This document shows positions 18,626 through 28,365 of a stretch of 64,000 nt of DNA, one piece after another. The DNA is taken from the NCBI GenBank assembly GCA_965662235.1, contig CBFIGY010000010.1, positions 18,403-82,402 of the forward strand, written 5' to 3'. This DNA is from an uncultured bacterium (GTDB lineage: Bacteria; SAR324; NAC60-12). Every line of letters starts with the position of its first letter. Within the stretch, counting starts at the first letter, position 1. The notes under the pieces are model-generated. The model was not told where the DNA came from, searched no databases, and saw only the letters and a program-made list of their open reading frames with translations. Position numbers and translations under genes: made by a program.

Positions 18626-19782
18626 AGAAGCTTATCATCGTGCTGGGCCTCTGGCTCCTTCCACTGGGAGTATGGGCTCAGAAGCCTCCGGCGGGTTTGG
18701 CCCCCATGGGCGCTTTGGGGGATTTCTCTGAAATGGAGAAGACCATCCTGTTCAACTCGTTGCAGGAGTACCTTTCGACCCATTACGCCCTTGCCTCTCA
18801 GAAGGCTTTTGAACAGGCTCAGGATGCTGCGTTTGAGGAACTCGATTATGAGGAATGCACAGAGGATCAGTGCTTTGCGGTCATTCAACAGATTCTGCAG
18901 GTGGATAACCTGTTCCTCTTCAATGTTACCCGAGAGGGCACTTTTACGCAGCTTTCGCTGACGGCTGTGAACCTCGACAGCGAGCGACTGGTCCGGACGG
19001 CCGTGTGTGACCAGTGTGGCATTGGCGAGTTGAACGCCCAAGTGGAGGGCATGGTGCTCAAAATTGTGGAAGCAACTCAACCCGCCTCAGTTGCTGCCAG
19101 TGAATCCGTAGCGCCTGCAGGAACCCGGACGGATGCTGCGGCAGGAACCCCGGAGCCAGCGTCACCACCGGAGCCGGAACCTGTTGCTGAAAAACCCTCC
19201 TCCGCGCCGGAGCCTGTGGTACAGGCAGATCAACCCGCCTCAGTTGCCGCCAGTGAATCCGTAGCGCCTGCAGGAACCCAGACGGATGCTGCGGCAGGGA
19301 CACCGGAGCCAGCGTCACCACCGGAACCTGTTGCTGAAAAACCCTCCCCTATGCCGGAGCCTGTGGTACAGGCAGAGCCGGAGCCCGAACCAGAGGTCCG
19401 TACGTCTCAATCGTCGGGCTCCAATTGGATCTGGCACGCTGTAACCTTGGGCGTTACAGGAGTCGCGATGCTACAGGCAAAGAGTGCCGCAGATGATTAC
19501 AACACCCTCTCCAGCCGCAATAAAGAACTCGCCAGCCTCTATGCCAGCAACCCAAGTGCGAGCTACAGCGCCGAGTACACTAGCAACCAAAGCGAAATGA
19601 AGTCTCTCAAGTCTTCTGCAGAAACGTATGACCTGATCACTTACATCGGCTTGGGCGTGGAGGTGTACCTGTTGCTCTTTACCGGTTCTGGAGACGAGAC
19701 CGCCTATCAGCCCAATTCGCGACCCATGCGGGTCCTCGCGACCAACGATTCCTTCAAGGTGAGATTCCAATGGCAGTTTTAA
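18622..19782 (+). CDS. Exported hypothetical protein with Pro/Ala/Glu repeat linker
   Basis: Signal peptide; Cys-containing N-domain (ECTEDQC, CDQC); two hydrophobic segments; C-terminal VRFQWQF. Confidence 0.75.
   Translation: MKKLIIVLGLWLLPLGVWAQKPPAGLAPMGALGDFSEMEKTILFNSLQEYLSTHYALASQKAFEQAQDAAFEELDYEECTEDQCFAVIQQILQVDNLFLFNVTREGTFTQLSLTAVNLDSERLVRTAVCDQCGIGELNAQVEGMVLKIVEATQPASVAASESVAPAGTRTDAAAGTPEPASPPEPEPVAEKPSSAPEPVVQADQPASVAASESVAPAGTQTDAAAGTPEPASPPEPVAEKPSPMPEPVVQAEPEPEPEVRTSQSSGSNWIWHAVTLGVTGVAMLQAKSAADDYNTLSSRNKELASLYASNPSASYSAEYTSNQSEMKSLKSSAETYDLITYIGLGVEVYLLLFTGSGDETAYQPNSRPMRVLATNDSFKVRFQWQF
19078..19377 (+). repeat. Intragenic tandem duplication (153 bp + 147 bp)
   Basis: Units start CAACCCGCCTCAGTTGC at 19078 and 19231; near-identical with a 6-bp indel. 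Confidence 0.95.
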
Positions 19783-20291
19783 AAACCAGCGCCCTTCTGC
19801 TGAGCAGCCTCCTTTTCTTGGGGTGCGGATCTCAAACCCTTGAGGATGAAGGATTGGAGAGCAAGACGATCGAAGAAGCGGCCTCCACAAGTACTGGAAG
19901 CACAGGTTCGGGGGGTACAAGCAGTACGGAGTTTACTGTAGTAAGTACAACGCCTGCAGATGGCGCAACCAACGTTTCTACCAACACTCAGATCTCTCTG
20001 ACTTTCAGTGATGATCTGGGCCTCTATGGTGCAGGAACCTCCACGACATGTTCTGAGCAGGTCTTTCAACTTTCTACAGATAATTTTTCTAGCTGTATTG
20101 GTTGGGACTACAGCAGTGGGTATTTTTATACAGTGAATGGTTCAACCATTACTCTGGAGACTCCAACATTGAGTGCCAGCACCACTTACCAGTTGAAGGT
20201 TGTGCCATCTGCGAGCAGTGGGCAATTGACACTGACATCCCTAAGCAGCATCCCAGTTACTTCCTCCACAATCTCTTTCACCACTCAGTAG
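19770..20291 (+). CDS. Ser/Thr-rich lipoprotein with bacterial Ig-like (Big_5/SbsA-type) domain
   Basis: Lipobox FLGC; VVSTTPADGATNV..ISLTFSD and LSASTTYQLKV motifs; lower GC than flanks. Confidence 0.75.
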   Translation: MAVLKTSALLLSSLLFLGCGSQTLEDEGLESKTIEEAASTSTGSTGSGGTSSTEFTVVSTTPADGATNVSTNTQISLTFSDDLGLYGAGTSTTCSEQVFQLSTDNFSSCIGWDYSSGYFYTVNGSTITLETPTLSASTTYQLKVVPSASSGQLTLTSLSSIPVTSSTISFTTQ

Positions 20292-20403
20292 TTCCTGCAT
20301 CGTGCCGTTTTCGTAGCATTGCGGCAAAAGGGTGGCTATGCTGCCGGAGGGTGGGGGGCCATCAAGGTGGCGCCCCTTGTTCAGCACTCAGCAGAGCCTA
20401 CTC

Positions 20404-21261
20404 ATGCCTCCTCTCTACCAACGGCTGGTTTCCTCAGACTCCTCGCTGGTGGTGTACGACAACCCCGGCCCGCGCTTTGATGGGGTCTATCACTACCATC
20501 CTGAGTTTGAGCTGAGCCTCATCTGCAACACCAAGGGCCTGGCGGCTGTGGGAGAGAACATCCACCCCATCTCGCCTGGGGACATGATCCTGATGGGCCC
20601 GAACATTCCACATTACTGGAACAACGATGGGATGGAGCTGGAGGGAGCGCCGTCTCGGATCATGCTGGTGTTCAAGTTCACCGAACACTTTCTGGGGAAG
20701 GGGTTTCTTGAGCTTCCGGAGAGCCGCAAGCTGAACGAGTTTCTGCGCAAGGCAGCACAGGGCATCCGTTTTCTGGAGCCCGTCAGCAGTCGGGTACGGG
20801 AGCTGATGCTGGAGATTGAGGGCATTCCACCGGGGCTGCTGCGGCTTTCCCGGTTTCTGGAGCTGCTGAGCCTGGTCACCGAAACCGAGCAGCTGGAGAC
20901 GCTTTCGGGGCATCCGACGGGGTTTCGGGGAAATGCGGTGCAAAACGAGCGCATTGACCAGGTTTACAAGTACGTGATGAAGCACAATGCCGAGTCCATC
21001 TCCCTGACGGAGGTTGCCGAGCACATCCACATGAGTCCGGAGGCGTTCTGCCGTTTCTTCAAACGGAGCACGGGCAACACCCTCAATGAGTTCATTCAGA
21101 AAACCCGGATTGCCCGGATCTGCCACGAGTTGATGGAGAGCGAGGCTGGCATCACGGACATTGCTTACGAGCACGGGTTCAACAACCTCTCCAACTTCAA
21201 CCGTCAGTTCCGCAAGCACATGAACCTGACCCCGCGAGAGTACCGCAAGCTCTTTCAGTAG
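20404..21261 (+). CDS. AraC family transcriptional regulator (cupin sensor)
   Basis: YHYHPEFEL, GPNIPH, FCRFFK, GFNNLSNFNRQF, TPREYR. Confidence 0.93.
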   Translation: MPPLYQRLVSSDSSLVVYDNPGPRFDGVYHYHPEFELSLICNTKGLAAVGENIHPISPGDMILMGPNIPHYWNNDGMELEGAPSRIMLVFKFTEHFLGKGFLELPESRKLNEFLRKAAQGIRFLEPVSSRVRELMLEIEGIPPGLLRLSRFLELLSLVTETEQLETLSGHPTGFRGNAVQNERIDQVYKYVMKHNAESISLTEVAEHIHMSPEAFCRFFKRSTGNTLNEFIQKTRIARICHELMESEAGITDIAYEHGFNNLSNFNRQFRKHMNLTPREYRKLFQ

Positions 21262-21330
21262 CCCCTTTTGTGTGCTGAGCCGTCACAGATGAAAGCGACT
21301 GAACGGGGCCCCGCCCCTTGGGGCTGAAGT

Positions 21331-21391
21331 CAAAATAGTATCAATTTTGGCTAAGTCAGGCATAGTCTCCTCCCCCACTCTCACGTATAAC
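21331..21391 (+). promoter_or_regulatory. Putative AraC-activated promoter of the nan operon
   Basis: Imperfect direct repeats CAAAATAGTATC (21331) and TAAGTCAGGCAT (21352), 21 bp apart; TATAAC at 21386. Confidence 0.45.
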
Positions 21392-21628
21392 ATCCTCCAC
21401 TCTTGCCAAACCACTTGGCAATGAGCTTCCAGGGAAGCCGACCGGGGCTTTTATTTCCTCGAAAGTCCGATGCTTTCTGGCTTCCTCTGACTTTGGACTC
21501 CCTTGGTGTTCCGGGAGCGTGCGCGGATTCCGTCCCACTCCCGGAACAGTACCTCTGGCCGAGCGACCTCTTTTTGTGCGTCGTTTGACCTCTTCAGGCG
21601 TCCAGCCCTCATCCGTCACCAGGCACTT

Positions 21629-22528
21629 ATGACGAACACCACGCAGGATCGGGGAGCGTTTCACGGGATCTACATTCCCATGATCACTCCTTTTCTCAGG
21701 CAGGACGAATCCTTGGATTTGGCTGCAACGGAGGCTCTGATTGAATTCTTGATTGCCCATAACGTTCATGGCCTTTACGTGGGGGGGAGCACGGGGGAGG
21801 CGTTCGCGCAGTCGACAGACGAGCGAGCGACCTTCCTCCGTCATGTTGCCTCTGTGGCCAAGGGGCGGCTCCGGCTGGTGGCGCATGTGGGCAGCCTGGC
21901 CACAAGAGATGCCCTGCACCTTGCAGAGGTGGCGGCTGCCAGCGGGTATGAGGCTACCTCGTCGGTGCCTCCGTACTACTACGCCTTTTCCCGGGAAGAG
22001 GTGCTGGGCTACTACGAGGAGTTGGCTTCGGCCACCTCGCTTCCGCTGCTCATTTACAACATTCCCGGAAATGCGCGGTTTCGCTTTTCGCTTGAGGACC
22101 TGAGCCGCTTGCTGCAGCACCCGTCCATCGTTGGGGTCAAACACACCGAGACGGACTTCTTCATCATCGAGCGCCTCAAGGCGCGGCATCCTGAGGCCAT
22201 TGTGTTCAATGGTCCGGATGAGATGCTCATTGCCGGACTGACGATGGGGTGCGATGGCGGAATCGGAAGCACCTATAACGTCATTCCAGAGACCTACGTC
22301 CGCCTCTATGAAAGCTTCCGTCGCGGCGACTGGCACCGAGCAATTGTGCTCCAACAAGAAGCCAATGCGCTCACGGAGCTTCTGCTGCAGGTGGGCCTGT
22401 ACAATGGCCTCCGGCACCTGCTCCGGCGACGAGGCGTGGACACCGGCGTCAGTCGACGTCCCTTTGCGCCGTTGACGGCAGAGGGAGCAGCGAAGCTGGA
22501 TTCCTTTTATGAACAGCACCTTTCATGA
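21629..22528 (+). CDS. nanA: N-acetylneuraminate lyase (DapA family)
   Basis: YVGGSTGE, IYNIP, GVKHT (Schiff-base Lys), DGGIGSTYN; AGE epimerase in the same cluster. Confidence 0.85.
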   Translation: MTNTTQDRGAFHGIYIPMITPFLRQDESLDLAATEALIEFLIAHNVHGLYVGGSTGEAFAQSTDERATFLRHVASVAKGRLRLVAHVGSLATRDALHLAEVAAASGYEATSSVPPYYYAFSREEVLGYYEELASATSLPLLIYNIPGNARFRFSLEDLSRLLQHPSIVGVKHTETDFFIIERLKARHPEAIVFNGPDEMLIAGLTMGCDGGIGSTYNVIPETYVRLYESFRRGDWHRAIVLQQEANALTELLLQVGLYNGLRHLLRRRGVDTGVSRRPFAPLTAEGAAKLDSFYEQHLS

Positions 22529-22556
22529 GCCAGGCGGATTCGCCAATGGCGCCTTA

Positions 22557-22585
22557 GACCCGGTGCTGGGCACTGGGTCGGTTTT
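22557..22585 (+). terminator. Stem-loop after nanA
   Basis: GACCCGGTGC-TGG-GCACTGGGTC then GGTTTT. Confidence 0.5.
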
Positions 22586-22712
22586 GTCAATCCTTGAACC
22601 CTGAGGAGGAATTATGAAGCTCCCATTGCTTAACCGCATTGGAAACAGCGGGCTAAGCTTGGCACAGGTAATCCCGAATCTCACTCATCTCTTCACCCCT
22701 ACGGAGAAACCC

Positions 22713-24329
22713 ATGAAGGCCTTCAAAGTCCTCGCACTTGCGTCGCTGCTGGTGTTCCAGTCCGTATCGCTCTGGGCCGCCAGCCCCAACAGCAACCAGC
22801 TTTCAGATGTCCGTGTGCGTCAGGCGATTGCCTACGCCATCGACATGGACACCATCGTGGAGACCCTCTTTGAGGGCATGGCCATTGCGGCAGACAGCTC
22901 CATCCCCAACGGCTCCTTCAAGGCTCCGGGACTGCCCCGTTACACGTATGATCCGGACAAGGCCCGTCAGCTGCTCAAGGAAGCCAACTGGGACTCCAGC
23001 CGGGTGCTGGACGTGGTGTATTACTATGGTGACCAGACGACGGCTGACCTGATGGCAGCAATCCAGGCCTACCTGGCAGATGTGGGCGTCCAGATGACCT
23101 TCCGCAAGCTGGAAGGCGACGTGGGTGCTCAGCTGCGGACGCTTCCGGAAGACCCGGTCAATGGCCCTGCGGCAATCACGTGGGACCTGGGCTACGGAGC
23201 CAAGGCGGCGTTGGCCCTGCAGGAGTACTACAACAATTATGAGACCGGCAAGAACGCCAACACTCCCGGATCGCCTGAGCTGGACCAGCTGGTGGCTGCC
23301 ATCAACAGCACCGCAGATGTGGAGAAGCAGCGAGCGGCCTTCTTTGCCATTGAGCGGTATGAGATGGAAAACCTCTTTGTGCTGCCCCTGTACTACCAGC
23401 AGATGTTCATCTATGAGAGCAAGCGGCTCAACCGCAACGGTGGACTCTACGGAAACGCTCAGTACAACTACGACTGGAACATCGTGGACTGGACCGTCAC
23501 CCCAGATGCCAATGGCAAGCAGGTGCTGCGGACCAATACCGGCCCCGTCGAGTTCTTTGAGCACTCCTGGTTCAACCCGGGACTGTACATCTACACGAAG
23601 GTGCTCTTTGACCGCCTGATCACGGCCGACGGCTCTTTGGCACCGTCGAATCCGCAGATGGCGAAGTACTACAACCTGAGTGACGATGGCAAGACCCTGA
23701 CCGTACAGCTCATGGACGGCCTCACCTGGCACGACGGCACTCCGATCACCGCTGAGGAGATCAAGTGGAACGTTGAGTTTGCCAGCAAGGTTCCGGTGAT
23801 TCACCCCATCTTCAAGCAGACCTTCTCTTCCTTGAAGGGCGCTCAGGCCTTCACCGACGGTGCGGCCTCGGAGATTGCCGGCATCACCACCCAAGGCAAC
23901 ACCCTCACCTTCAGCTTTGAGACGCTGGACCCGAACGTGCTGCTGACGTTCTCGCAGTGGGCGCCGCTGCCCCGCAAGCACATCGGCAACGCGGATCCGC
24001 TGAAGTTCCAGCAGCACCCCTTCTGGCAGAATCCGATTGGCTCCGGTCCGTTCCGGGTCAAGGAAGTGCAGATGAACGACTACCTCGTGATGGTGCCGTT
24101 TGAGGGCTACCACGGAGGACGGGCCAAGCTGGATGAGATTGTGGCGTACCCCAGTGGCGACAACGATCCGAATGTGGTCAAGAACGCTGCTGCTGGTCAG
24201 CTCGACTACGGGTTCACCAAGAACGTCTCAGACGTCCAGTCGCTTCAGGCCATGGACCACATGCGGGTGACCCCAGTGGACATTCCGTATACCCGTGTGC
24301 TTTGGATCAACAAATTCCCGAAGCAATAG
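22713..24329 (+). CDS. Family-5 (DppA/OppA-type) ABC substrate-binding protein, circularly permuted
   Basis: Signal peptide; DVRVRQAIAYAID block occurs before the SDDGKT..WHDG and PIGSGPF blocks; an alternative upstream ATG at 22614 also has an RBS. Confidence 0.85.
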   Translation: MKAFKVLALASLLVFQSVSLWAASPNSNQLSDVRVRQAIAYAIDMDTIVETLFEGMAIAADSSIPNGSFKAPGLPRYTYDPDKARQLLKEANWDSSRVLDVVYYYGDQTTADLMAAIQAYLADVGVQMTFRKLEGDVGAQLRTLPEDPVNGPAAITWDLGYGAKAALALQEYYNNYETGKNANTPGSPELDQLVAAINSTADVEKQRAAFFAIERYEMENLFVLPLYYQQMFIYESKRLNRNGGLYGNAQYNYDWNIVDWTVTPDANGKQVLRTNTGPVEFFEHSWFNPGLYIYTKVLFDRLITADGSLAPSNPQMAKYYNLSDDGKTLTVQLMDGLTWHDGTPITAEEIKWNVEFASKVPVIHPIFKQTFSSLKGAQAFTDGAASEIAGITTQGNTLTFSFETLDPNVLLTFSQWAPLPRKHIGNADPLKFQQHPFWQNPIGSGPFRVKEVQMNDYLVMVPFEGYHGGRAKLDEIVAYPSGDNDPNVVKNAAAGQLDYGFTKNVSDVQSLQAMDHMRVTPVDIPYTRVLWINKFPKQ

Positions 24330-24412
24330 AGTAACCTGAAGGCTTCCTCCTCTCCTCCTGCTCTCTCCGGAAAGGGGAGGCGGAGGCCTCTTCCCTGTTG
24401 TTGCGCTGGAGA

Positions 24413-25372
24413 ATGTACGCTTACTTTGTCAGACGGCTGCTGTTTCTGATCCCAATGCTGCTGGTCATCAGCTTCTTCATCTACTTGGGAATGGAGCTGA
24501 CGCCGGGAGACATTGTCTCCTACATGATCAGTCCGGAGCTGATCGCAGAGATCAGTCCAGAGGAGCTGGCCGCGATGCGTCAGGCCCTGGGGCTGGATGC
24601 ACCGTTCATGATCCGGTACCTGCACTGGCTAGGAGGCGTTCTGCAGGGCGATTTTGGCTACAGCCTAGCCAGTGGCGTTCCGATCAAGGACATTGTGTTT
24701 GATCGCCTTCCTGCGACCCTAGAGCTTTCAGCGGTTGCCCTTCTGTTTTCCACCCTGTTCGGCTGCATTCTGGGAACACTCAGTGCCCTCAACCGGGGCT
24801 CTGCAAGCGACAATGCCCTGACCGTGTTCGGCATGCTGGGGGTGTCCATTCCTGAATTCATCTTTGGGCTGTCGGCAATTGTCTTGTTTGCGCTGGAACT
24901 GAACTGGCTTCCCGTGGGCGGACGCCTGATGCCCGGTTACGAGACCTTCTGGGACCGTCTTCCGCACCTAGTGCTACCGGCGCTGGTGCTTTCCTTGACC
25001 ATGACCGCTGGGGTGATGCGGTACTCGCGTTCCAGCATGCTGGATGCAATGAACCGAGAGTTCATCAAGACCGCCCGGAGCAAGGGCCTTCCGGAGTGGC
25101 GGGTCAACTTTCTGCACGGCTTTCGGGTGGCTCTGACGCCAGTGGTGGTGCTGATCGGTTTTCGGCTGCCGTTGCTGATCGGGGGCACCGTGATTGTCGA
25201 GCAGGTGTTTCAGTGGCCTGGAGTTGGGGAACAGTTTGTCATTGCCGTTCGGGCGCAGAACTACCCTCTGATCATGATGATCGCGTTTTTGTCGGTCACC
25301 GCAGTGCTGCTGGCGAGCTTCCTCATCGACCTGCTGACTGCCCTGCTCGATCCTCGTGTCCAGCTGGAGTAG
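24413..25372 (+). CDS. ABC permease (DppB/OppB-like)
   Basis: GDFGYSL, RLPATLEL, TARSKGL, LLDPRV. Confidence 0.93.
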   Translation: MYAYFVRRLLFLIPMLLVISFFIYLGMELTPGDIVSYMISPELIAEISPEELAAMRQALGLDAPFMIRYLHWLGGVLQGDFGYSLASGVPIKDIVFDRLPATLELSAVALLFSTLFGCILGTLSALNRGSASDNALTVFGMLGVSIPEFIFGLSAIVLFALELNWLPVGGRLMPGYETFWDRLPHLVLPALVLSLTMTAGVMRYSRSSMLDAMNREFIKTARSKGLPEWRVNFLHGFRVALTPVVVLIGFRLPLLIGGTVIVEQVFQWPGVGEQFVIAVRAQNYPLIMMIAFLSVTAVLLASFLIDLLTALLDPRVQLE

Positions 25373-25376
25373 CTCC

Positions 25377-26309
25377 ATGAATGCCAACGTGCCCCCTTCC
25401 AAGACACGGCTGGATCGGCAGTTTGACCGCATCCGGGAACGTGAAGAGCAGGGAACCTTTCGTCCAGGCGTGCAGAACCGGGTTCTGCGCAAGCTGCTGT
25501 CCAACAAGCTGGCTCTGGTAGGAGGGTGCTTTGTGCTCCTGACCCTGTTCTCTTCCCTCTTTGCCCCTCTGCTGACTCGGCATGACCCCCTCAAGGTGGA
25601 CCTGCGTGCTCGGCTCCAGCCTCCTTCCGTGGAGCACGTTCTGGGAACGGACAAGATTGGTCGGGACATTTTTTCCCGCCTCATTCACGGGGGGCGGATT
25701 TCCATTTTGGTGGGGCTTGGAAGTGCCTTGGGCGCCGCGTTTATCGGAGTCTCCATTGGCGTCTATGCTGGGTATCGGGGCAACTGGCTCGATGGCCTCT
25801 TCTTGCGACTTTCCGAAATCGTCACGGCCTTTCCGCAGATCATCCTAGTGCTGATCCTGGTTTCAATTGTGGGACAGGGGTTGGAGAACCTGATTGTCAT
25901 CTTTGTCCTCACAGGGTGGGGACCGATGTACCGGATGATGCGCGCTCAGGTGCTGTCCTTGCGCGAGGAGGAGTACGTCCAGGCCCTGCAGGCGTTCGGA
26001 CTGGGCAACGCGACCATCTGCTACAAGCACATCCTCCCCAATGCGCTGGGGCCCATCATGGTCAACATCACTCTGACAACTGCCATGTTCATTCTGCAAG
26101 AAGCCGGGTTGAGCTTCTTGGGGCTGGGGGTGCCGTTGCAGATTCCAACCTGGGGAAACCTGCTCAATGTGGCGCAGGACCTCCGTATTTTGCAGAACTA
26201 CTGGTGGGTGTGGCTCCCGTCTGCAGTGATGATCTCCCTGTTTGTCCTGGCCATCAATTTTGTGGGAGACGGCCTCCGGGACTCCACTGATCCGAGCTTG
26301 CAGGGGTAG
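25377..26309 (+). CDS. ABC permease (DppC/OppC-like)
   Basis: LGTDKIGRD, HILPN, LSFLGLG, NFVGDGLRD. Confidence 0.93.
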   Translation: MNANVPPSKTRLDRQFDRIREREEQGTFRPGVQNRVLRKLLSNKLALVGGCFVLLTLFSSLFAPLLTRHDPLKVDLRARLQPPSVEHVLGTDKIGRDIFSRLIHGGRISILVGLGSALGAAFIGVSIGVYAGYRGNWLDGLFLRLSEIVTAFPQIILVLILVSIVGQGLENLIVIFVLTGWGPMYRMMRAQVLSLREEEYVQALQAFGLGNATICYKHILPNALGPIMVNITLTTAMFILQEAGLSFLGLGVPLQIPTWGNLLNVAQDLRILQNYWWVWLPSAVMISLFVLAINFVGDGLRDSTDPSLQG

Positions 26310-26318
26310 GAAAACGTG

Positions 26319-27323
26319 ATGTCGCAGGAAACCATTCTCAGTGTCCGGAACCTGAAGACCTACTTCTACACGAACAACCGCTGCAACAAGGCGGTGAACG
26401 GGGTTTCGTTTGAGGTCAAGAAGGGCAAAACGCTCTGCATCGTCGGGGAAAGTGGCTGTGGCAAAAGCGTCACTGCCGCGACCATCATGCAACTGCTGCC
26501 CAAGCTCTCACGGATTGAAGAGGGGGAAATCATCTACCACAGCGAGTCCGGAGACCTTCGCCTAGACCAGCTGGAGCGCAACGGCAAGCAGATGCGCGCG
26601 CTCCGGGGGGCGGACCTGGCCATGATCTTTCAGGACCCGATGACCGCCTTCAATCCGGTTTACACCATCGGTTGGCAGATTGGAGAAAACCTGAAGTACC
26701 ACACGGACCTGCGCGCGCAGGAGGTTCGCCAGCGGACGGTGGAGTTGCTCCGCGAGATGGGCATTCCGCTTCCGGAACAGCGGGCGTCTGAGTACCCTCA
26801 CCAGTTCTCCGGGGGCATGCGGCAACGGGCGATGATTGCCATGGCGATGGCCTGCAATCCCAAGTTGCTGATTGCCGACGAACCCACCACGGCTCTGGAC
26901 GTGACCATTCAGGCGCAGATCTTTGACCTGATGGCACAGCTCAAGGCAGAGCACAACACCGCCATCATGCTGATCACACACGATATGGGCGTGGTGGCTG
27001 AACTGGCAGATGAGGTAGCCGTTATGTACATGGGGCACATCGTGGAGAGTGGAACCGTGGAGGACGTGCTCCGGACTCCGGCCCACCCCTACACCAAGGC
27101 CCTGCTCAACTCGATTCCGGTGCTGGGACGGGGGAAGCAGCAGGACATTGAACCCATCCGAGGGGCGACCCCGGATCCTTACAATCGCCCGCCCGGGTGC
27201 CAGTTTCAGCCCCGGTGCGACTTTGCCAGCGACCGCTGTGGCGTGATGCCAGACGAGCGCTCCCTCAGCCCAACCCATGCCGTCCGCTGCTGGCACTCTG
27301 AGCAGGTCCTTCGTCATGTCTGA
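26319..27323 (+). CDS. ABC ATP-binding protein (DppD/OppD-like)
   Basis: [25 protein letters not shown]-terminal Cys domain. Confidence 0.93.
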   Translation: MSQETILSVRNLKTYFYTNNRCNKAVNGVSFEVKKGKTLCIVGESGCGKSVTAATIMQLLPKLSRIEEGEIIYHSESGDLRLDQLERNGKQMRALRGADLAMIFQDPMTAFNPVYTIGWQIGENLKYHTDLRAQEVRQRTVELLREMGIPLPEQRASEYPHQFSGGMRQRAMIAMAMACNPKLLIADEPTTALDVTIQAQIFDLMAQLKAEHNTAIMLITHDMGVVAELADEVAVMYMGHIVESGTVEDVLRTPAHPYTKALLNSIPVLGRGKQQDIEPIRGATPDPYNRPPGCQFQPRCDFASDRCGVMPDERSLSPTHAVRCWHSEQVLRHV

Positions 27324-28365
27324 GTCCTCCGTCATCCTCCAATTAAAGGGCGTAAAGACGCACTTTCCGGTCCGGAAGGGAGTCTTCAAACGGGTGGTGG
27401 GCCACGTCAAGGCGGTGGATGGCGTGGACCTGGAGGTGTACCGCGGCGAGACGCTGGGGCTGGTGGGAGAAAGCGGTTGCGGCAAGACCACCTTGGGAAA
27501 GTCCATCCTGCAACTCGTCCATGCCACAGAAGGAGAGATCCTTTACCACGATCAGGAGCGCACGCACAACCTCCGTCAGTTGAACAAGGAAGAGCTGAAG
27601 TCCATCCGGAAGAAGCTGCAGATCGTCTTTCAGGATCCTCATTCGTCGCTCAACCCGGCACTGACGGTGTTCGATTCCCTGCAGGATCCGCTCAAGGCCT
27701 ATGGCGTCCGGTCCCGGGCAGAGCGGCGCCAGATCATTGGAGACCTGCTGGAGGCGGTCAACATGCGCCGCGAGCAGATGGACAATTACCCGCACGAATT
27801 TTCCGGAGGCCAGCGGCAGCGCATTGGCATTGCCCGGGCGCTGTGCATTGGGCCGGAGCTGATCGTCTGCGATGAAGCGGTCAGTGCGCTGGATGTGTCC
27901 ATTCAGGCGCAGGTGCTGAAGCTCCTCAAGCAGCTCAAGGACGAACGGAACCTGACGTACCTGTTCATCACCCATGACCTGAGCGTGGTCGAGTACATCA
28001 GTGACCGGGTGGCGGTGATGTACCTTGGGAAAATTGTGGAGCTGGCCAACAGCGAGGAGCTGTATGCCAACGCACTGCATCCGTACACGCAGGCGCTGCT
28101 CTCTGCGATTCCGGTAGCCGACCTGGACCGGAAGTCCCACCGGACGCCGCTGGAAGGCGATGTTCCGAGTCCGGTGGATCCTCCATCTGGGTGCCCGTTC
28201 CACCCTCGCTGTCCTCAGCGTCAGGAAAATTGCCAGACCATGGTTCCGCCGCTGAAGAAGTACCGGATCAATGGCAAGGACCACTTTGCCGCCTGTCACT
28301 ACGCTGAAACCTTTGCGCGCGCTCCCCTTGAGGAAGCGCCGGCACCGCGCTCCGGAACACCGTGA
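27316..28365 (+). CDS. ABC ATP-binding protein (DppF/OppF-like)
   Basis: GESGCGKT, FSGGQRQR, DEAVSALD, GCPFHPRC. Confidence 0.93.
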   Translation: MSESSVILQLKGVKTHFPVRKGVFKRVVGHVKAVDGVDLEVYRGETLGLVGESGCGKTTLGKSILQLVHATEGEILYHDQERTHNLRQLNKEELKSIRKKLQIVFQDPHSSLNPALTVFDSLQDPLKAYGVRSRAERRQIIGDLLEAVNMRREQMDNYPHEFSGGQRQRIGIARALCIGPELIVCDEAVSALDVSIQAQVLKLLKQLKDERNLTYLFITHDLSVVEYISDRVAVMYLGKIVELANSEELYANALHPYTQALLSAIPVADLDRKSHRTPLEGDVPSPVDPPSGCPFHPRCPQRQENCQTMVPPLKKYRINGKDHFAACHYAETFARAPLEEAPAPRSGTP

